Shown here one piece after another: positions 56,813 through 61,419 of a stretch of DNA of 61,419 bases. Numbering within the stretch: position 1 is the first letter of the stretch; every line of letters starts with the position of its first letter. Source of the DNA: Planctomycetota bacterium (GTDB taxonomy: Bacteria; Planctomycetota; B15-G4; JADJEK01); assembly GCA_044225365.1 (NCBI GenBank), contig JBGAIQ010000029.1, positions 1-61,419 on the forward strand. Direction: 5' to 3'. A model generated the notes under the pieces. It did no database searches, was not told the DNA's origin, and was given only the letters and a program-made list of their open reading frames with translations. A program made the translations under genes and the position numbers.

Positions 56813-57687
56813 GGCTTGCCCTCGTGAACGGCCACGGGTCCTGCTTTCACGGTGCGATCGTCGAGTTCGAATGCGAGCGTGGCCCACAGGCTCTTCCACT
56901 CCGCATTCGATCGCTTCGGCGCGCGCTCCATGTAGACGGCCGTGAGCATCCAGGCGGCGCGGTCGTCTCCGAGGTCGAATTCTACGCGACCTTCCTTGTC
57001 GGTGCGCGCTGCGATCTTCTTGCTGTGATCGAGTCGCTTGGCCTGGACGAGGGCGCCCTCCAGGAACTGACCCCGGAGCACGAGGCGGAACCCGAGCTTG
57101 GCGCCCGCCTTCGCGGCATAGGGATCGCTCTCGGCGACGAGCTCGAGCGGAAGCTGGACGATGGGCATCGCGACGGTCTCGGCCGCGGCATTGGTCGCGG
57201 TAGCCGGCGCGCCGTTCACGGGAAGGACGCGGATCAGAGTCTTCGCGCACCGCGAGTAGAGTTCACGGCTCTTCTTCGCACTCTCGCCGCGCTGCTTCCG
57301 ATCGTCGATGATCTTCTCGAGGCCTTCGTCGCGCAGGTACGCCTCGAACTTCTCCGGCTCGAGTTCGACGCGGCTGTCGAAGCTGTCGTACGCGATCGTC
57401 CAGGTCCCGGGGGTCGGCAGCTTGAACGTCGCGGCCGGCAGGCGATCGGCTTCGCTGTCGATGTCGATGCGGGCGTCGCCGTTCGTCGCGAAGCAGCGCG
57501 AGACGTGGACCGGCATCCAGGGCAGCGTTTCGACGTTGTCCCCCGTGCCCACCTTGATCGAGAGATCGATCGGCTCGTTCGCGAGGACCGTGAACCGCAT
57601 CGGCTCGAGCCAGAAGTCGTGCGCGAGCGCAACGCTGGTGGCCAGGGCGAAGGCAGCGAGAAAGAGGGTGCGAAGTGGTTTCTTCAT
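56809..57687 (-). CDS. DUF4198 domain secreted protein
   Basis: Signal peptide then AHDFWLEP. FEAYLRDEGL, RELYSRCAK, RTDKEGRV, WKSLWATL. Confidence 0.85.
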   Translation of the reverse strand: MKKPLRTLFLAAFALATSVALAHDFWLEPMRFTVLANEPIDLSIKVGTGDNVETLPWMPVHVSRCFATNGDARIDIDSEADRLPAATFKLPTPGTWTIAYDSFDSRVELEPEKFEAYLRDEGLEKIIDDRKQRGESAKKSRELYSRCAKTLIRVLPVNGAPATATNAAAETVAMPIVQLPLELVAESDPYAAKAGAKLGFRLVLRGQFLEGALVQAKRLDHSKKIAARTDKEGRVEFDLGDDRAAWMLTAVYMERAPKRSNAEWKSLWATLAFELDDRTVKAGPVAVHEGKP

Positions 57688-57706
57688 GTTCCTGACTTCG
57701 ACGAGA

Positions 57707-57737
57707 AAGGCCCATCGTGGGCTTCACGATGGGCCTT
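57707..57737 (-). terminator. 13-bp hairpin, probable intrinsic terminator/attenuator after the DUF4331 gene
   Basis: AAGGCCCATCGTG-ggctt-CACGATGGGCCTT. The U tail on the minus strand is short. Confidence 0.55.
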
Positions 57738-57762
57738 ACGGACGGACTTCGATTGCCGGATC
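57737..57762 (-). promoter_or_regulatory. Candidate sigmaE/ChrR-type ECF promoter for the DUF4198-sigma-chrR genes
   Basis: Minus strand GATCC-N17-CGTA. Confidence 0.5.
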
Positions 57763-57785
57763 GAAGGAAATCCGTTGAGTGCTGA

Positions 57786-59234
57786 TCAGTTCGACGGCGA
57801 ACCCGGGAACGGGTCCTTCAGGTACGGAAACGTGGAATCGAACATCGTGGCGTCGATCGCCGCGCCATCGGTGAACGGAAGCTGGCCGGAGGGAGCGTCG
57901 GCCTGCGACAGGAGCGCGCCCATCGCGGCGCGCAACGTGATGTCGACCACGTCGTCGCCCGGACGCCGGCCGTTCGGATATCCGGCGGTGTCGCCGCCGA
58001 GCACGCCGAGCGGATTCTGCTGCGCCGCGGAAACTGCCGGGATCGCCGTGTTGAGCCGCATCATCTCGCAGGCGGTCGGATTCGGCTTGATCTGGTTCAG
58101 ACCCGTGACGCCCGTGAGGAAGACGGACACGAGATCGGTGCGCGGAAAGAGCGTCGGAGCGACCACGGTCGGGCCGAACAGGATCTCGACGAGCGCCGGG
58201 AACGTCGGGTAGGTCACGAAGTCCGCGAACTGTCCATCGTTCTTCGGATCGGACGAGTTGAACAGGTCCTTCTTGTCGATGCCGATGACGACCTCGTTGA
58301 CGAGGGGATTGCCGAGGCGCGACACCTGGACGAATTCGCCGCTCTCCGCCGCCGGCTTGGTCACCGTCGGCGTCTTGTCGAGCTTGCGCACCTTGCGCAT
58401 GCTCGCGGTCGTGTAGCCGCCCACCACCGAACTCGTTCCGCCGGCGAGGAGGAATTCCTTCGGCAACTCGAGCTCGATCGACGTGATGTTCTTGTCGTCG
58501 AGGATGTTCTTCTCGGCGCTCGGCGAACCGACGGGATTCGCGATGTTGATGAGGTCGAACGTCTCGCCGAGGTTGACGACGAACGATTCCTTGCGCTGAC
58601 CCACGAACATGCGTCCGGTAAGGCCGCCCGGGAGATCGATGTCGTAGACGTGGAGCCCGGCATACGCCGGATAGTTCGCGATGGTCTTGTTGCCGATGTT
58701 GTCGACGGGCTTCACGAACTGGGTCTCGCCGGTCGCCGAGTTCTTGATCGCCTTTGGACCCTTCCCCTTCTGCTTGAGCTGGACCGTGTAGCGCTCGACG
58801 ACATTCAGGTTCGGATCGGCGACAGTGCTCACCGTGCTCGACTGAACGAGCGGGATCGTCACGTTCTTCTGCGCGCCCGAGGGGCCGATCGCAAGCGTCG
58901 TCTTGCGATACTCGTTCTCGAACTGGAACGTGAACGTGATGTCGGGCTTGGCGTCGCCGTCGTTGTCGAAGCTGATCTCGTAGATCGCTTCGGGATCGAA
59001 CGTGAAGAAGTTCGGTCCGCCGTACGCATCCTGCAGCGGCAGGTAGTTGGCGACGACCGTGACGAAGTCGTCGCGTCCCGCCTCGTAACTATTGAACATG
59101 TAGAAATCGGTACCGTCGACCTTGGGATGCTCGGTGACGAACGGGGCTTCGCGATGGCTCGAGGCAAGGGAGAGGCTGGCCGCGCCAAGGACGGCGAACG
59201 TCGCCATCCCGCGCGTGAGGATCATGGGCTTCAT
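57786..59234 (-). CDS. DUF4331 domain secreted protein
   Basis: Signal peptide then SSHREAP. DGTDFYMF, GGPNFF, QVSRLGNPLVNEV, GYPNGRRPGDDVVDI, FPYL..P. Confidence 0.92.
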   Translation of the reverse strand: MKPMILTRGMATFAVLGAASLSLASSHREAPFVTEHPKVDGTDFYMFNSYEAGRDDFVTVVANYLPLQDAYGGPNFFTFDPEAIYEISFDNDGDAKPDITFTFQFENEYRKTTLAIGPSGAQKNVTIPLVQSSTVSTVADPNLNVVERYTVQLKQKGKGPKAIKNSATGETQFVKPVDNIGNKTIANYPAYAGLHVYDIDLPGGLTGRMFVGQRKESFVVNLGETFDLINIANPVGSPSAEKNILDDKNITSIELELPKEFLLAGGTSSVVGGYTTASMRKVRKLDKTPTVTKPAAESGEFVQVSRLGNPLVNEVVIGIDKKDLFNSSDPKNDGQFADFVTYPTFPALVEILFGPTVVAPTLFPRTDLVSVFLTGVTGLNQIKPNPTACEMMRLNTAIPAVSAAQQNPLGVLGGDTAGYPNGRRPGDDVVDITLRAAMGALLSQADAPSGQLPFTDGAAIDATMFDSTFPYLKDPFPGSPSN

Positions 59235-59269
59235 GTTGGATTGCTCCGGATTGAGGACTCGACCGGAGC

Positions 59270-59295
59270 TACGGGGCGGATTGGCGGGTGGATCT
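59270..59295 (-). promoter_or_regulatory. Candidate sigmaE/ChrR-type ECF promoter for the DUF4331 gene
   Basis: Minus strand AGATCC-N16-CGTA, 35 nt upstream of the ATG. Confidence 0.6.
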
Positions 59296-59314
59296 CGAAA
59301 TCCGAAAGATCACC

Positions 59315-60025
59315 TCACCCCACGCCGAGGGCGATCGCCATCAGGATCCAGACGCCGTCGATGAAGTGCCAGTACAGCGCGCAGTTCCACACCCCGCGGA
59401 AGCTCGCGCCCGAGTACATGTCGCGGAAGCTCTTCACGATCACAAAGCCGAGGGGCACGAAGCCGCCGAGGACGTGGAGCGCGTGGATCACGGTCATCGC
59501 GAAGAACATGAAGACCGAGAGATCGCCATCGGGATTCGATGCGACCGACACGGACTTCTTCTCCGCCGCGAGGCGCTCGAACATGCGCTGCCATGTCTCG
59601 TACTGATTGACGAGGAAGAGCAGCGCGAGGATCGTCGCGATGACGACGCCGAACTTCAGCCGATCGCGGCGGTCGTAGCGGATCGAGTGCACCGCGAAAT
59701 GAAGGAACGCCGACACGAGCACGATGAGCACCGTGCTGACGGCGATGCTGGTGCGCAGCCCCTCGATCTTGAAGTCGGTCCAGTGCCGCGCCTGGACGCG
59801 CGTGACGACGTAGCCGAGCAACGTCGCGCCGAACAGCATGAGCAGCGAGCTGAGGAACAGCTTGATGCCGAGCGTCGACGCATCGGGCGGCGCTTCCATC
59901 GGCCCACGGCGCGGGGGCGAGTCGGGATCGGTCCAACCGGTGATCGCATCGGCCTCGCGCGGCGGAAGGCGCGGGGGCAGGGGGCCCTGTGGCTCTGGCT
60001 CGCTCGGCGTATCCGATCCGGTCAT
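59315..60025 (-). CDS. Heme-copper oxidase subunit III (second paralogue)
   Basis: GIKLFLSS..MLF, HALHVLGG, YWHFIDGVW. Confidence 0.88.
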   Translation of the reverse strand: MTGSDTPSEPEPQGPLPPRLPPREADAITGWTDPDSPPRRGPMEAPPDASTLGIKLFLSSLLMLFGATLLGYVVTRVQARHWTDFKIEGLRTSIAVSTVLIVLVSAFLHFAVHSIRYDRRDRLKFGVVIATILALLFLVNQYETWQRMFERLAAEKKSVSVASNPDGDLSVFMFFAMTVIHALHVLGGFVPLGFVIVKSFRDMYSGASFRGVWNCALYWHFIDGVWILMAIALGVG

Positions 60026-60080
60026 CGCATGGCCCCGAACGGTCGGAGGAGGCCCGCGCACAGCGCCGTGCGAGCGGGGC

Positions 60081-60518
60081 TCACTTCTTCTCGGGCGTCG
60101 GCGCCATGTCCTTGGCGGGTGTGGCCGGGGCGGCGGGCGCTTCGATCTTCGGCGACTTGTCTTCCCACGTCACGTCGCGCTGATACTGCGTGGTGTCCAT
60201 CAGCGTGAAGCCGATGAAGATCGACACGAAGAGGAACGCGCTGACGAAGACGAGGACGTTGAACGGCCGGTCGTAGCGCAGGTGCATGAAGAAGAGCGCG
60301 ACGAGCACGGCCTTGATCGTGCCGATCAGCATCGCGATCCATACTTCGAGGCCGCCGGGGAAGTGGAAGCTCTTGTTCAAGAAGACAGTGAGGAACGTGA
60401 AGAAGAGCAGCAGCGCGAAGATCGTGATGAGCATCTTCGCCGATGCGACGTGCGCCAGGTCGTTGTGTTCGTGCCCGGCGTGATCCGACGAGTTGGGAGC
60501 GTGAGCGTTGGGGTTCAT
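60081..60518 (-). CDS. Cytochrome c oxidase subunit IV family protein
   Basis: GAGGAG RBS. LL.FT.LTV, IKAVLVALFFMHLRYD. Confidence 0.9.
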   Translation of the reverse strand: MNPNAHAPNSSDHAGHEHNDLAHVASAKMLITIFALLLFFTFLTVFLNKSFHFPGGLEVWIAMLIGTIKAVLVALFFMHLRYDRPFNVLVFVSAFLFVSIFIGFTLMDTTQYQRDVTWEDKSPKIEAPAAPATPAKDMAPTPEKK

Positions 60519-60534
60519 CGTCAACTCCTCGGGG

Positions 60535-61305
60535 TCAGGCCTTGATCAGATACAGCAGCGGGAAGAGGTAGATCCAGATGATGTCGACGACGTGCCAGTA
60601 GAGTGCGACGTAGTCGACGGGTCCGAAGAACTTCGGCCCGAACTCGTTCTTCATCGCACGCTTCAGGATCCACAGCCATGCGATGATGCCCGCGATGACG
60701 TGGAAACCGTGGAGACCCGTCATCCCGTAGTAGATCGAGAAGAAGAGCTGAACGTTCTTCACGTCGGGATGCCCCGCGTCGCTGTTCATCGCCTCTTGGA
60801 TGCTGCCGACTGCCGGGTGCTCGGTTCCGAACAGGATCTCGCGCGCCTCTTCGGATGGCTGGAACTCGCCACCGGGGAAGACGCCTTCATGGAACTTGTG
60901 CGTGTACTCGAAGTACTTCACGACCATGAAGGTCGACGCGCAGGCGATCGTGAGAAGGATGTTGATGATCAACCCCTTCTTCTGCCCGAGCTGCGCATTG
61001 CGCACGGCCCACGCTGCCGTCAGCGAGCTGAACAGCAGGACGACCGTGTTGGTCGCGCCGAGCGTCGTGTTCAGGAATTTGCTCGCGGCGGCGAAGACTT
61101 CGGGATGGTGCGCACGGTAGAGCGTGTACGCGCAGAAGAGCCCCGAGAAGAAGAGCACTTCCGTGACCAGGAACAGCCAGATCCCGAGCTTGCCGGAATC
61201 GAATTGCTGCTGCTTGTCGTCGAAGTGATGCGCGAGATGCTCCGCCGGGTCGGAGTGCGCGTGCGCGTCGTGAGCGTGCGCGGTGTCGACTTCTGCCGTG
61301 GTCAT
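60535..61305 (-). CDS. ctaE: Cytochrome c oxidase subunit III
   Basis: GIWLFLVTEVLFFSGLF, NTVVLLFSS, MTGLHGFHV, YWHVVDIIWIYLFPLLY. Confidence 0.93.
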   Translation of the reverse strand: MTTAEVDTAHAHDAHAHSDPAEHLAHHFDDKQQQFDSGKLGIWLFLVTEVLFFSGLFCAYTLYRAHHPEVFAAASKFLNTTLGATNTVVLLFSSLTAAWAVRNAQLGQKKGLIINILLTIACASTFMVVKYFEYTHKFHEGVFPGGEFQPSEEAREILFGTEHPAVGSIQEAMNSDAGHPDVKNVQLFFSIYYGMTGLHGFHVIAGIIAWLWILKRAMKNEFGPKFFGPVDYVALYWHVVDIIWIYLFPLLYLIKA

Positions 61306-61366
61306 TGCGACTTCTTTCGTCTACGCGGTCAGTTCCAGATCGAGATTCGACTGGATGCGCCTACTG

Positions 61367-61389
61367 GGAGCGCCGGGCTCCAGCCCGGC
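61367..61389. repeat. Additional REP-like hairpin of the 28.7-kb family
   Basis: GGAGCGCCGGGCTCCAGCCCGGC: same GGA.C lead-in and TCCA loop, with compensatory stem changes. Confidence 0.65.
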
Positions 61390-61419
61390 TCCGGATGGAT
61401 TCTGTACGGGACTAGCGTT

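Overview
A 61.4-kb, very GC-rich bacterial window, most likely from a Planctomycetota genome. This is inferred from an ECF sigma-Ser/Thr kinase pair, FG-GAP/ASPIC proteins, DCNxNG repeats, a family of carboxypeptidase-regulatory-like proteins and a planctomycete-type RNase HII. About 48 real CDSs can be picked out of the ORF track; most long antisense ORFs are GC-bias shadows. Housekeeping genes include galT, lon, a polyprenyl synthase, fabZ, lgt, an rnhB-like gene, pduO, ruvX and cytochrome oxidase subunits III/IV. An IS481 left end sits at the window's left edge. The most striking candidate system is a tight minus-strand operon (13.9-20.3 kb). It encodes a catalytically degenerate AlkP-superfamily membrane protein, a VTE5/FOLK-like prenol kinase, a DUF92/VTE6-like protein, a ChlG/HPT/DGGGPS-clade UbiA prenyltransferase, a farnesol-dehydrogenase-like SDR and an unknown membrane protein. 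A polyprenyl synthase and an intact AlkP paralogue lie about 8.6 kb upstream on the same strand. Together these look like a bacterial prenylation and prenol-salvage module with an unknown acceptor. Other notable items: a kinase-TPR-FG-GAP fusion with an internal RBS and signal peptide; a frame-preserving partial gene duplication; two shared C-terminal domains on secreted proteins; REP-like repeats with compensatory changes; a candidate minus-strand sRNA; and two sigmaE/ChrR-type promoters. All functional calls come from motif recognition by eye; no database searches were run.
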